Below are positions 19,619-30,089 of a stretch of DNA of 64,000 nt, piece by piece. Source of the DNA: Candidatus Spyradenecus sp. (lineage in GTDB: Bacteria; Verrucomicrobiota; Verrucomicrobiia; Opitutales; UBA953); NCBI GenBank assembly GCA_045535075.1, contig JAZSKX010000014.1, positions 1 through 64,000 on the forward strand, given 5' to 3'. The notes beneath the pieces are model-generated. The model had not been told where the DNA came from and ran no database searches. It was given only the letters and a program-made list of their open reading frames with translations. Positions within the stretch are counted from its first letter, which is position 1; each line of letters begins with the position of its first letter. Position numbers and translations under genes: made by a program.

Positions 19619-19897
19619 ATGCGCATCGCAATTATCAAAGGCCACGTGACGGCGACGGTGAAACACCCGACGCTTGAGGGCTGGCGAATGCTGATTGCGC
19701 AACCGGTAACGCCGGAAGGAGCGCCCGACGGCCCGCCGCAAATCGTGATCGATACGCTCGGCGCGGCTCCGGGGCAAAAAGTTGTTATCAATAGTGACGG
19801 AGCCGAAGCGCGCCGCTTGGTTAAGGCGAAGCATTCGCCGGCGCGTTGGACGGTGATGGGCATTGTTGATGCTCCGAAAGAAGGAGTTGCGCAATGA
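19619..19897 (+). CDS. BMC vertex pentamer (BMC-P)
   Basis: MRIAIIKGHVTATVKHPTLEG...IDTLGA.PGQKV...SDG.EAR...SPARWTVMGIVD. Confidence 0.9.
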   Translation: MRIAIIKGHVTATVKHPTLEGWRMLIAQPVTPEGAPDGPPQIVIDTLGAAPGQKVVINSDGAEARRLVKAKHSPARWTVMGIVDAPKEGVAQ

Positions 19898-20184
19898 GGG
19901 CGGGAACGGTTATCGGGCGTGTCGTTTGCACGGTGATGCATCCGGCTTTTCGCGGCGATACTTTTGTCCTCGTGCTCCCGTGGAATACGAAGACTTGGAA
20001 TGCCGGCGGGAAGGCGAATTTTGATAATTCGCTAGTTGCTTACGACGAACTCGGCGCGGCGGACGGACAAACTGTTGCCTTTGCCGAATCCGGGGAAGCG
20101 GCTGCGGCGCTCAATCCGCCCAAGCCGGTTGATGCGTATTGCGCGATGATTTTGGATTCCGTCGAATACGACGAAAAAGCCTGA
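19894..20184 (+). CDS. BMC vertex pentamer (BMC-P)
   Basis: MRAGTVIGRVV...VAYDELGA..GQ.V...ESGEAA...PVDAYCAMILD. Confidence 0.9.
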   Translation: MRAGTVIGRVVCTVMHPAFRGDTFVLVLPWNTKTWNAGGKANFDNSLVAYDELGAADGQTVAFAESGEAAAALNPPKPVDAYCAMILDSVEYDEKA

Positions 20185-20322
20185 TAGACATCAGGTCTCC
20201 AAATATCGAGTTTCAAGAAAATTGTCCCTTGATCTTTGTGGCTTGGGGACGATGCTTGAGACTCGTTATTTTTTATAAACTTTTGTTTCGCTTGAATCGG
20301 ATTGATTTCCTATTTTCAAGCT

Positions 20323-21885
20323 ATGTTTTCTACTGTTTATTCCGGAGCGTTACAGGGAGTCGAAGCTCTTTCTGTTCAAGTTGAGGTAAAATCCGATCTT
20401 CCCGGGGATTTCCGATTTCAGATTGTCGGTTTGCCTGATGCGGCAGTAAAAGAAGCGTCGGATCGCGTGCTTGCGGCGCTTTCGAATTGTCGCTTGCCGT
20501 CGCCGTCAACGAAAACGGTGGTGAATCTTGCTCCGGGCAATATTCGCAAGGAAGGTCCGATGTACGACTTGCCGATTGCGCTTGCGCTGTTAGCGGCTCA
20601 GGGCGTGATCCTGCGGGAACGCCTCAACGGTTTTATTGTTGCGGGGGAATTGGGATTAAACGGCGATGTTCGCGCCGTACGCGGCGGTGTGTCGCTTGCG
20701 CTTTTGGCGTTGCGGGAACACCGATCGGTTGTGCTTCCAAGACAATCTGCCGAGGAGGCTGCTCTGGTTGAAGGTGTGAAAGTTTTCCCCGTAGATTCGT
20801 TGCGGGAATGCGTTGATTTCTTTTTGGGACTTGCGCCAATCGAAGCGCTTTCATCGAAAAACAGTGCGTTTCGACGTAATGTTTCCCGTATTCCGGAAGT
20901 TGATTTTTCTGAAGTTAAGGGGCAACAGCAAGTGCGGCGCGCCGTGGAGGTTGCCGTTGCAGGCGGGCACAATTTGCTGATGATCGGTTCGCCCGGATCC
21001 GGAAAAAGCATGATTGCCAAGCGTATTTCGACGATACTTCCCGAGCCTTCGCTTGAGGAATTTTTGGAAATCTTGGGAATTCATTCGGCGGCGGGAATTA
21101 CGCTTTCGGATGAAAATTGTGCGATTCGCCGTCCGTTTCGTTCGCCGCATCACACGATTTCCGATGTCGGCTTAATCGGTGGCGGAAGCATTCCCGGCCC
21201 GGGCGAAATTTCGCTTGCGCACAACGGCGTTTTGTTCTTGGACGAATTTCCGGAGTTCAAGCGATCGGCACTCGAAGTCATGCGTCAACCGCTTGAAGAC
21301 GGCGAAGTCAGCATTTCCCGTGCCGCCGGGAAAATTACGATTCCGTCGCGCTTCATGCTCGTCGCGGCGATGAATCCTTGCCCCTGCGGTTATCTTGGCG
21401 ACAAGCAACACAAATGTACTTGCTCGCCCGTTCAGGTTCAGCGCTACCGCGCGCGTATTTCCGGTCCGCTTCTTGATCGTATTGATATTCACGTTGAAGC
21501 GCCGACGCTTTCGATTGACGAATTGCGAACCGCCGCTCCGGGAGAATCTTCCGCCGTTATGCGAGAACGCATTGTTGCCGCGCGGGAACGCCAGCAAAAG
21601 CGCTTCGGAAACGATGTTAATGATGCGATCGCTTCCGTGAAAACGCGTTGCAATGCACGAATGTCTTCCCGCCAGATTCGCCGCTATTGCGAACTCGATG
21701 ACTCGCAGGGACAAATTCTTCAGCGTGCGATGGAGCAACTCGGGCTTTCCGCCCGGGCATATGATCGTGTTCTGAAAGTTGCCCGAACGATTGCGGATCT
21801 TGCGGGAACGGAAAAAATTGAAACCGATCACTTGCTTGAAGCGATTCACTATCGCTCACTCGATCGTCGTGTAAACTATTTTTAG
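20323..21885 (+). CDS. comM: ComM/YifB family Mg-chelatase-like AAA+ ATPase
   Basis: [73 protein letters not shown] and LSARAYDR. Confidence 0.93.
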   Translation: MFSTVYSGALQGVEALSVQVEVKSDLPGDFRFQIVGLPDAAVKEASDRVLAALSNCRLPSPSTKTVVNLAPGNIRKEGPMYDLPIALALLAAQGVILRERLNGFIVAGELGLNGDVRAVRGGVSLALLALREHRSVVLPRQSAEEAALVEGVKVFPVDSLRECVDFFLGLAPIEALSSKNSAFRRNVSRIPEVDFSEVKGQQQVRRAVEVAVAGGHNLLMIGSPGSGKSMIAKRISTILPEPSLEEFLEILGIHSAAGITLSDENCAIRRPFRSPHHTISDVGLIGGGSIPGPGEISLAHNGVLFLDEFPEFKRSALEVMRQPLEDGEVSISRAAGKITIPSRFMLVAAMNPCPCGYLGDKQHKCTCSPVQVQRYRARISGPLLDRIDIHVEAPTLSIDELRTAAPGESSAVMRERIVAARERQQKRFGNDVNDAIASVKTRCNARMSSRQIRRYCELDDSQGQILQRAMEQLGLSARAYDRVLKVARTIADLAGTEKIETDHLLEAIHYRSLDRRVNYF

Positions 21886-21892
21886 GAGCGGT

Positions 21893-22597
21893 TCAAGAAA
21901 GTAAGGCGGCGTCGGCGAAAGAAAAATAACCGGAGGTGTGGGGCGGAATATTACGTCGCCCGACGATGACGTGGTCAAGTAGATCGATGTCAAGTGTCCG
22001 GGCGGCTTCGGCAAGTTTGCGCGTGATCTTGATGTCATTGGAACTGGGTGTTGAATCACCGCTCGGATGGTTGTGAACGAGCACAATTTTTTCTGCGTTA
22101 CTGCGAACCGCCGGACGGAGGAAATCGCGGGGATGGAAGAGCGAACCGCTTGCCGTTCCCGCCGTGATTTCGTCGTAGCGGAGTACGCGTAGCTTTATGT
22201 CCAGGCAAAGAATCCAGCAACATTCGCGGTCGAGCGGGAGCGCCCGTTTTTCAAAAAAATCAAAGATATCGCGGGAATTTGTAATCGGCTTGGAAATTTC
22301 GCAACGATCTTCGAAGCGGCGGGAGAGCTCGAATGCGGCGACCAGATTCGTGGCGCGCTTCCAGGAAAGTCCGGTTGCTGTGAAATCCGAAATTGCCCAG
22401 CGCGAAAGCCGGTAAAGTGAACCGTCGGTACATTCGAGTATCGATTGTGCCGCGTGTAGAGGTGAGGTTTTGAGTGACGAATCGGTGTCCAGCAAAACGG
22501 CGATGATCTCCGCATCGCTAAGACAACGCGCCCCGCGACGGTCGAGCCGTGCGCGGGGGCGATTCGGTTGCGGTGTCTGCTCTTGAGGAGCCGGCAT
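21893..22597 (-). CDS. radC: RadC/JAB-domain protein
   Basis: RPRARL...G...LSDAEIIAVLL N-terminus; HPRD, VHNHPSGDSTPS..D and LLDHVIVG. Confidence 0.9.
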   Translation of the reverse strand: MPAPQEQTPQPNRPRARLDRRGARCLSDAEIIAVLLDTDSSLKTSPLHAAQSILECTDGSLYRLSRWAISDFTATGLSWKRATNLVAAFELSRRFEDRCEISKPITNSRDIFDFFEKRALPLDRECCWILCLDIKLRVLRYDEITAGTASGSLFHPRDFLRPAVRSNAEKIVLVHNHPSGDSTPSSNDIKITRKLAEAARTLDIDLLDHVIVGRRNIPPHTSGYFSFADAALLS

Positions 22598-22617
22598 CGT
22601 ATTGTTGAAACCGGGAT

Positions 22618-23913
22618 TTAGTCGATTTTGCCGACAACGGTTCCGGCGGGAACGATTGCGTCTTTCTTGACGATAAGAACGCCGTCGCGGACGCAAAGCT
22701 GATCGGTTTCCCAGCCGTCTTCAACGCCTTCCGGAGAAAGCTTGCAATTGGCTCCGATGCGGGCGTTTTTGTCAATAATCGCGTCTTTGATAACGCAATT
22801 CGGACCGACGCCGACAATCGGCGTTCCCGCGGCGCGCGCGACTCCGACTTCTTCGAGCGTTTCGTAATAATCGGCTCCCATGTGGACGACATTTTCAAGC
22901 TTGGAACCTTCGTCAACAACTGCACGAATCCCGATGACGCAACGATTCAGACTTGCGTGCGTAACGATGGCGCCTTCCGCCATGATGACGCGTTCGAGCG
23001 TGCATCCGTTGAGTTTTGCTGCGGGAAGCAGACGGTCGTGCGTGTAGATCGGAGCGACTTCGTCAAAGAAATCAAACGGCGGAACCGGATCCGTGAGCGC
23101 GAGGTTGGTTTCCCAAAATGCGCGAACCGTTCCGATGTCTTCCCAGTAGCTGTCGAAAACGTGTGCGACGAGCTTTTTCTTGCCGAGCATTCCCGGGATA
23201 ACTTCTTTCCCGAAGTCCTTCATATCGTTGTTGAGGGCTTCTCTGAGGAATTTTCCCGAGAAAACATAGATGCCCATCGAAGCGAGGCAGTATTCCGCGT
23301 CGGATTTGTCGGAAAGATTATCGCGAAGTTTGCCGCTGATGACGAGCGAGTCGATAACTTTCGGGTCTTTCGGTTTTTCAACGAACTCCGTGATTTCGGA
23401 ATCTTCCTTGACTCGCATGACGCCGAGTGCGGAGACTTCCGCTTTCGGCATTGCCTTGGCGGCGATGGTAACGTCCGCGTGGCTTTGGATGTGTTGCAGA
23501 ATCATCGGACGGAAGTCCATGCGGAACAGTTGGTCGCCCGAGAGAATTAACACGTAGTCGTTGTCCTTCAGATTCAAGTGTTGAAGGTTGTGGCGAACGG
23601 CGTCGGCGGTGCCTTGATACCAAGCTTCGCTTTCCATATTTTGTTCGGCGGCAAGAATATCGACATATCCTTTCCCGAACGCGTCGAATTTGTAAGTGCG
23701 CTGAATGTGGCTGTGAAGCGATGCCGTGTTAAACTGCGTGAGTACGCAAATTGTATTGTAGCCGGAATTGAGGCAGTTGCTAATCGGAATGTCGATGAGG
23801 CGATATTTCCCGGCGAGCGGAACTGCCGGTTTGCAACGGGCTGCCGTTAAGGGATAGAGACGGGTGCCGCGACCGCCGCCCATGATGACGCATACTACTT
23901 TGGAGGTTGCCAT
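22618..23913 (-). CDS. glgC: Glucose-1-phosphate adenylyltransferase
   Basis: GGGRGTRLYPLT..RCKPAVP.AGKYRLIDIPISNC, WYQGTADAVR, FVEKP, ASMGIYVF and YWEDIGT. Confidence 0.96.
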   Translation of the reverse strand: MATSKVVCVIMGGGRGTRLYPLTAARCKPAVPLAGKYRLIDIPISNCLNSGYNTICVLTQFNTASLHSHIQRTYKFDAFGKGYVDILAAEQNMESEAWYQGTADAVRHNLQHLNLKDNDYVLILSGDQLFRMDFRPMILQHIQSHADVTIAAKAMPKAEVSALGVMRVKEDSEITEFVEKPKDPKVIDSLVISGKLRDNLSDKSDAEYCLASMGIYVFSGKFLREALNNDMKDFGKEVIPGMLGKKKLVAHVFDSYWEDIGTVRAFWETNLALTDPVPPFDFFDEVAPIYTHDRLLPAAKLNGCTLERVIMAEGAIVTHASLNRCVIGIRAVVDEGSKLENVVHMGADYYETLEEVGVARAAGTPIVGVGPNCVIKDAIIDKNARIGANCKLSPEGVEDGWETDQLCVRDGVLIVKKDAIVPAGTVVGKID

Positions 23914-24057
23914 ATTTTTGGGGATAATGTGTTTGTATTATGTGAAATATTGAAGGACGGAGTAAAATCCGAACAATTTCTCAGAATAGACATTTTTACG
24001 TTGCGGGCAAGAGAAATCACCGTAGCAACATGGGCAGGCGAGGCAGTGTCAAATTGA

Positions 24058-24909
24058 TTAGCGCTTTTTGTTCTTTAGGCGGACTTCAAACCTGCCGATG
24101 CGCATTGTTGTTTTCGGGGATTCTTCGGTGCTCACGGGAGCATTTCCGAAAACGGTTTCGAAAATTTCGGGAAGCGGCGATTCCGCACGGAAGCGAATTG
24201 TCTTTCCTCGCCACGGGAACGCGATTTCCGTTTCCGCGGCATGGAGGAAGAGGCGGTTTCGTACGTGGGCGGCAAGGTCCGTCGTTTTTTTATTTGCCCG
24301 GAAGTCTCCGTAAGCTTTGTCCCCTAAAATCGGAAATCCGTGCGTTGCGCATTGAACGCGCAGTTGATGCGTGCGCCCGGTGTGCGGAGAAAGTTTTACA
24401 AGTGAATAAGCGGCGGAGTGCCGTATTGCTGTCGCAACGGTTTCCGCGAATTGTGCGCCTCGGAGTTTGCCGTGCGGGACGACCCGGACGTTCAGATTTC
24501 CGTTACGGTTTTCTTTGATTAAAAAATCTTTCCAAATCGCCGTTCCCGTAAACTCTCCGAGAACCAACGCGAAGTAAGTTTTTTGGACTTCCGTTCCCGC
24601 AAATGCCGCGCGTGCGAGCAAGGCGATTTTTTCGTCGTTTGCACAAAGTACGACGCCGCTTGTCGGAGAATCCAAGCGATTCAGAATAAAAATTTTCTTT
24701 GTGCAACCGTTCCCGTCGCGGACAAAATAACATTCGTTCTTTAGGCTGTAGTCAGCAACGAGTAATGCGTTTTTAGCGGCGGCGAGGCCGGGCGCGTTCG
24801 GATGTGTCATTATTCCCGCCGGCTTTTCCAATGCAAAAATTCCGCAGGAATCGGAGGCAAGGAGGCGAACGTTTTTGTTCAGCGGGAGAAAATCCGTTTC
24901 GGAAAGCAT
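24058..24909 (-). CDS. RluA-family pseudouridine synthase
   Basis: EKPAG, NRLDSPTSG, TGRTHQLRV, PILGDKAYG and LFLHA. Confidence 0.88.
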   Translation of the reverse strand: MLSETDFLPLNKNVRLLASDSCGIFALEKPAGIMTHPNAPGLAAAKNALLVADYSLKNECYFVRDGNGCTKKIFILNRLDSPTSGVVLCANDEKIALLARAAFAGTEVQKTYFALVLGEFTGTAIWKDFLIKENRNGNLNVRVVPHGKLRGAQFAETVATAIRHSAAYSLVKLSPHTGRTHQLRVQCATHGFPILGDKAYGDFRANKKTTDLAAHVRNRLFLHAAETEIAFPWRGKTIRFRAESPLPEIFETVFGNAPVSTEESPKTTMRIGRFEVRLKNKKR

Positions 24910-24959
24910 TGCGAGCTAAATGCGGAACTTTAGAAACGACGGCGGAAGCGGTGCGGATT

Positions 24960-26057
24960 TTAGGCGGACAAGGCTTTCCAAACGGATTCGGCGGCATCTG
25001 CGGGAACGTCGCCGGTCGTAAAAGCTTCGCCGACGGCACGCATCAGCACGAAGCGAAGTTTGCCGGCGCGGACTTTTTTATCCGAAGCCATGGCGCGCAT
25101 AAGCATTTCTACGGGAAGGCGCGAATGCAGGCGGACGGGAAGCGCATTCTTTTTCAAGAGCGCAATACAACGCGGAGCGAGCGTTCCCGCGGGCGCATAG
25201 CCGAGTTGCTCCGAGAGTAGCGCCGCCGCGACGGTTCCGACGGCAACCGCTTCGCCGTGGAGGTATTCGCCGTAGCCGGCGACTTTTTCAATCGCGTGCC
25301 CGAAAGTGTGCCCGAGGTTTAAAAGTGCGCGCCCGTTTTCCTGCGCCGTTTCGCGCTCGTCCGAAGCAACGACTTGCGCTTTGATTTCGCAACAGCGTTT
25401 GACAATGTCCGGAAGCTTCGGCGAATCCCACGCGAGCGTTCCCGCATTTTCCAAGGTTTCAAAGAGCCGGGCATCGCCGAGCAGTCCGTATTTAATGACT
25501 TCCGCCATTCCTGCGGAGAATTCGCGCGGCGGAAGCGTGGAAAGCAATCGCATATCCGCAAAAACCGCCTGCGGCTGATAAAACGCTCCGACAAGATTTT
25601 TCCCGGCGGAAAGATTCAAGCCGGTCTTTCCGCCGACAGAGCTGTCCACCATCGAAAGCAAAGTCGTCGGCACCTGGATAAAATCAATTCCGCGTAAAAA
25701 TGATGCTGCCGCAAATCCCGCTAAATCACCGACAACGCCGCCGCCGACAGCGACGATTGCGCCCGAACGGTCAATACGTTCCCGCGCGAGCGTTTCCCAA
25801 ATTTCGACGAGCTCTTTGACATTTTTGGCGGTTTCGCCGTCTACACTCGTTGTAATTGTAATGCGTGCAACGGAACTGAGGCGTTCAAAAAGTTTTGCAT
25901 GTTTTTCGGGAAGCGTCGGGCAGGTAACAACGGCAATCGGGCGCCCGGCATCGACGTATTTTTGGAGAAATTCCAACAATGCGTCCGCAAGATTATGCCC
26001 GATGTGAATCGGGTAGCGGCGTTCTCCGAGTTCGACGTTGACGGTTTCGGCGTTCAT
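24960..26057 (-). CDS. aroB: 3-dehydroquinate synthase
   Basis: GGGVVGDLAGF, PTTLLSMVDSSVGGKTG, KNLVGAF, LNLGHTFGHAIE and HGEAVA. Confidence 0.96.
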   Translation of the reverse strand: MNAETVNVELGERRYPIHIGHNLADALLEFLQKYVDAGRPIAVVTCPTLPEKHAKLFERLSSVARITITTSVDGETAKNVKELVEIWETLARERIDRSGAIVAVGGGVVGDLAGFAAASFLRGIDFIQVPTTLLSMVDSSVGGKTGLNLSAGKNLVGAFYQPQAVFADMRLLSTLPPREFSAGMAEVIKYGLLGDARLFETLENAGTLAWDSPKLPDIVKRCCEIKAQVVASDERETAQENGRALLNLGHTFGHAIEKVAGYGEYLHGEAVAVGTVAAALLSEQLGYAPAGTLAPRCIALLKKNALPVRLHSRLPVEMLMRAMASDKKVRAGKLRFVLMRAVGEAFTTGDVPADAAESVWKALSA

Positions 26058-26063
26058 GAAGCG

Positions 26064-27248
26064 TTAACGATTACGGCGTTTTTTCGGCTTTGCGGCAAGC
26101 GACGGCAGAAGCATAAGCGGTTCCTGGCGATAGAAAAATCCGTCGAGTTTTTTTCGCTCGATTGTTTTATTCAGAAGTTTTTCGATTGCCTGAAGCTGAA
26201 GCAATTCGTCCGGCGAAAACAGAGTGAACGCTTCGCCTTCATCTCCGGCACGTCCGGTACGGCCGATGCGGTGAACGTAATCTTCCGGATGCTCGGGAAC
26301 GTTGTAGTTTATGACATGCGAGACTCCGGAAATGTCGAGCCCGCGAGACGCAATATCGGTTGCGACAAGGACGTTGTATTTCCCTTCGCGAAATCCCTGA
26401 AGCGCTGCCGTGCGTTCCCGTTGCGTGCGATCCGCATGCATTGTCGCGACGGCAATTTCGTGGGCTTCGAGCCATTCGGTAATACGGTCGGCATCGCGTT
26501 TTGTCCGCGTAAATACGATAACACTTTTGTATTGCGTACGTTCAAGTAGCGCGAGCAACAGGTCGTATTTCTGAAATCCGGCTACGGGGTAAATTGCGTG
26601 CGAAATTGTGTCGGCGGTAAGCGTTCCCGTACGAACATCAATTTCGACGGGCTCCCGCAATGCCCAATCGGCAATGTCGCGGATCGTCTTGTTAACGGTC
26701 GCCGAGAAAAGCAGGGTTTGGCGTTCTTTCGGGCAAAGACGAATAATGCGGGAAACATCTTCGATGAAGCCCATGTCAAGCATGCGGTCCACTTCATCGA
26801 GAATCAGCACTTCGATTTTGGAAAGATCGACGAAGCGTTGTTGCCAAAGATCAATCAGGCGTCCCGGCGTTGCGACGACGATTTCGGCACCTTCGCGAAG
26901 CGCCCGGACTTGTTGTTCGTAGCGGACTCCGCCGTAGAGCAGAGCGATGCGCTTGTCCGCGTTTTCGGCAAAGCGGCGGAATGCTTCATCAACCTGCATG
27001 GCGAGTTCCCGCGTGGGAACGAGGACGAGGCAACGCGGGAACGCTTGGCTTGCGCCGAGTCGGGCGAGTGTCGGGAGCGCGTAAGCCGCCGTTTTTCCGG
27101 TTCCCGTTTGCGCGGCACCGATGATGTCGCGCCCCTCAAGCGCCGTCGGAATGGCGCGTTCCTGAATCGGTGTCGGTTGGGAAAATCCGATTTTTTCAAG
27201 CGTCGTTAAAATGTTTTCGGGAAGCCCGAGCTCTGCGAAAGTTTTCAT
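26064..27248 (-). CDS. DEAD-box RNA helicase (RhlE-like)
   Basis: Q motif PTPIQ, AQTGTGKT, PTRELA, DEVD, SAT and HRIGRTGRAG. Confidence 0.94.
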   Translation of the reverse strand: MKTFAELGLPENILTTLEKIGFSQPTPIQERAIPTALEGRDIIGAAQTGTGKTAAYALPTLARLGASQAFPRCLVLVPTRELAMQVDEAFRRFAENADKRIALLYGGVRYEQQVRALREGAEIVVATPGRLIDLWQQRFVDLSKIEVLILDEVDRMLDMGFIEDVSRIIRLCPKERQTLLFSATVNKTIRDIADWALREPVEIDVRTGTLTADTISHAIYPVAGFQKYDLLLALLERTQYKSVIVFTRTKRDADRITEWLEAHEIAVATMHADRTQRERTAALQGFREGKYNVLVATDIASRGLDISGVSHVINYNVPEHPEDYVHRIGRTGRAGDEGEAFTLFSPDELLQLQAIEKLLNKTIERKKLDGFFYRQEPLMLLPSLAAKPKKRRNR

Positions 27249-27337
27249 GGAAAAGAAAAATCCTAGAGATTAAGCCCCGGCGCTTAAAGCCGAAAGTTGC
27301 CGTATTGTGCGGCGCGACTGCTTACGGAAACGTCTTT

Positions 27338-28648
27338 TTAGCGGAGATGCCGGCGCATGCGTCCGCCGAGGATTAGTGCCATTGTCGCGAGCCCCGCCGC
27401 CAAGCCGATCCAAACGCCGACGCCGTGAAGCCCGAGCGGGAACGCGAGCAAAAGCGCAAGCGGGCAGGCGATAATCCAGTAGCTGATAAATGAGGCAACG
27501 GCGATGATGCGCACGTCGCTCAGCCCGCGCAACGCTCCCGCCGCGATGGTTTGAAAGCCGTCGAAAAGCATGTAGGCGCAGGCAACAATGATGAACGAGG
27601 CGGCAATCTGCGAGGCTTCCGCGCCCAGATTAAAGAGCAGGGGAATTTGTTCCCGAAAACCGATAAATCCGATTGAGCATATTCCCATGAGTGCAAGCGT
27701 AAAAAACATTGCACCCGTAAAAATCGTGCGGACGCGCGGGAACTCCCGTTTGCCGTAGGCTTCGCCGATACGGATTGAAAGCGCTTGGGAAATTCCCAGC
27801 GGGAACATGTAAACGAGCGAAGAAATCGTCATGGCGACTTGGTTGGCAGCGATGGAGGCTTCATTAATCCACCCCATAAAAAAGGGCGCGATAATGAAAA
27901 TTCCGGCTTCACAGAGAATGTGCAGCGAACTCGGCACCGCAATGCTCAGGTTTTCCTTAATCGGTTTCAGCGAAAATCCTTTTCCGAATTCGCAGATGAG
28001 GCGTTCGTGCAGAACAATTCCCGCGAGTGAAATCATGCGAGAAAAGAGCGTTCCCGCCGCGGCGCCTTCCAAGCCCCAGTTCGGAAATCCGAGCGAACCC
28101 GACATGAAAACCCAGTTCAGAAAAATATTGGTTAATAGCCCGATTATTGTCCAAAGCAGAGAAATCCATTGCCCGTTGTTGGCATCGCGAAAGGATTTTA
28201 CTGCTTGGAATCCCGCTGCGGCGGGAATCGAAAGTGCGATCAGACACGAGAAATTCTTGGCATTGGCGCAAACGCGCTCGGGTTGCCCGAGCAAATAAAG
28301 TCCGTCGAAATAAACGAACGCACAGAGCAACGCGGCTCCGAGGCACGAGGTGAGCAAGCTGATGAAAAGACCGTGGCGGAGAATTTCCGGAAGCCGCTCG
28401 CCCGTTCCCGCGCCGCGAGCTTGCGCGGAAAGCACGGGAATTGCGACGCAAAGCCCGACGCAGAGCAGAAGCGGAATCCAGTTGAGGTTGTTCCCGAGAG
28501 TCGCAGCTGCCAGTGCATGTTCGCCGAGCATGTTTCCGATCATAATCGTATCAATGACTCCGAAAAGCCCTTGACCGATTAATCCCACGGTGATCGGAAC
28601 CGAAAGCCGGAACGTGTATTTGAACTCGTGGCGTATTTCGGAGCCCAT
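27338..28648 (-). CDS. MATE family efflux transporter
   Basis: About 12 hydrophobic segments; DTIMIG, GLEGAAAGT, SIRIG..YG, GALRGL.D and G..GVWIGL patterns. Confidence 0.88.
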   Translation of the reverse strand: MGSEIRHEFKYTFRLSVPITVGLIGQGLFGVIDTIMIGNMLGEHALAAATLGNNLNWIPLLLCVGLCVAIPVLSAQARGAGTGERLPEILRHGLFISLLTSCLGAALLCAFVYFDGLYLLGQPERVCANAKNFSCLIALSIPAAAGFQAVKSFRDANNGQWISLLWTIIGLLTNIFLNWVFMSGSLGFPNWGLEGAAAGTLFSRMISLAGIVLHERLICEFGKGFSLKPIKENLSIAVPSSLHILCEAGIFIIAPFFMGWINEASIAANQVAMTISSLVYMFPLGISQALSIRIGEAYGKREFPRVRTIFTGAMFFTLALMGICSIGFIGFREQIPLLFNLGAEASQIAASFIIVACAYMLFDGFQTIAAGALRGLSDVRIIAVASFISYWIIACPLALLLAFPLGLHGVGVWIGLAAGLATMALILGGRMRRHLR

Positions 28649-28663
28649 TGCGGGAACGCAAAA

Positions 28664-30082
28664 TTATTTACCCGACTGCGTGAGCCTGCTGCGAATCTGC
28701 TCGACCTTGAATTTGTCGGCGGCGCTTGTCGCAATGCGATTTTTAACCGCTTTTTCCGCATTAATCACCGTTCCGTGATCCCGACCGCCGAATGCGTTCC
28801 CGACCGCCGTCAGCGTCATGTTAATGAGATCACGGCAAAGATACATGGCGACTTGGCGAGCAAAGGCAACTTCCGCGCGCCCGCGCCCTTTTGCCGTCAT
28901 TTGCGCGACTTCGACGCGGTAGGTTTCGGCAACGAGGCGCTGGATGTACTCCGGCGTAATCTTTGCGGTTTCTTCCTGGCGGAGAAGATTGCTCAGAATG
29001 CTTTCCGCTTCCGGAATCGTCAGCGTCGTGTTGCGGTTGATTTCGACGTAGCGCGCCAGCGTGTTGACGGCGCCTTCGAGGTTGCGAACGTTGCGCGTGA
29101 TGTTTTGCGCGACGAATTCGAGCAGATTCGGGTAACGTGAAAAATCAAAGTGTTTAGATGCGGCTTTGCGTAGCAGAATGGCGATGCGCATTTCAAGGCA
29201 AGGCGGCATGATGTCCGCCGAAATTCCCTGTTGGAAACGCGAAATCAGGCGATCCTCAATTTGAATGTCCGATGCGGGCCGGTCGCTTGTAAGGACGATT
29301 TTGCATCCGTTGACGACGAGTTGGTTGAACGTGTGGAAAAATTCTTCCTGAAGACCTTTTTTGCCTTCAAGGAACTGAATGTCGTCCATCAATAAAAGAT
29401 TCAAATTGCGGTAACGGCGACGGAAATCATGAACGGCGTTTTGCGAAAGCGCATAGGTGTAATCGTTCGTGAACATTTCGCAGGTTACATAGCAAATCTG
29501 TGCTCCGGAATTTTTTTCGAAAACCGCATTGGCGATGGCGTGCATGAGGTGGGTTTTCCCGACTCCCGAAGGTCCGTAAATGAAAAGCGGGTTGGCGGCA
29601 TCCGGATCTGAAAGATTGTTCGCCAAAGATTGCGAAATCGCGAACGCCATTTGGTTTTCGGAACCGCAAATGAAGTTATCAAACGTGTTTTGGCGGCGGA
29701 TCGCAGGGGAAAGTTCTTGCGCGGGAACGGCCGGCTTGGGCGGAACTTGCGGAAACGAAGAGGCCGAAGCGATTGCGGGCGATGCTGCGGGAACACCTGA
29801 AACAGGAACCGGGGCGTGCTTGATTTCCGCTTTTTGGATTTTGAATCGAACGGAACGCCCGGTTACATTGCGAAGTTCTTCTTCAACGATATCGCTGTAG
29901 TTGTAGGCGATGAAAACAGCCGCAAAAGAGTCCGACGAAACGAGATTGAAAGTCTCGTCGGAGAAGTTCGAAAAATGAATATCGCTAAACCACTGGTTGA
30001 AAATGTCCGAATTGAGGCGATTTTTTAATGCTTGCTTGGCGGATTCCCACGCTTCCGCGTGGCTGAAAAGGGTCGAGGTCAT
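28664..30082 (-). CDS. dnaA: Chromosomal replication initiator DnaA
   Basis: TFDNFI.G..N, NPLFIYGPSGVGKTHLMHAI, LMDDIQFL, QEEFFHTFN, NVRNLEGA, RQVAMYL and FGGRDHGTV. Confidence 0.96.
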   Translation of the reverse strand: MTSTLFSHAEAWESAKQALKNRLNSDIFNQWFSDIHFSNFSDETFNLVSSDSFAAVFIAYNYSDIVEEELRNVTGRSVRFKIQKAEIKHAPVPVSGVPAASPAIASASSFPQVPPKPAVPAQELSPAIRRQNTFDNFICGSENQMAFAISQSLANNLSDPDAANPLFIYGPSGVGKTHLMHAIANAVFEKNSGAQICYVTCEMFTNDYTYALSQNAVHDFRRRYRNLNLLLMDDIQFLEGKKGLQEEFFHTFNQLVVNGCKIVLTSDRPASDIQIEDRLISRFQQGISADIMPPCLEMRIAILLRKAASKHFDFSRYPNLLEFVAQNITRNVRNLEGAVNTLARYVEINRNTTLTIPEAESILSNLLRQEETAKITPEYIQRLVAETYRVEVAQMTAKGRGRAEVAFARQVAMYLCRDLINMTLTAVGNAFGGRDHGTVINAEKAVKNRIATSAADKFKVEQIRSRLTQSGK

Positions 30083-30089
30083 GATTTTT

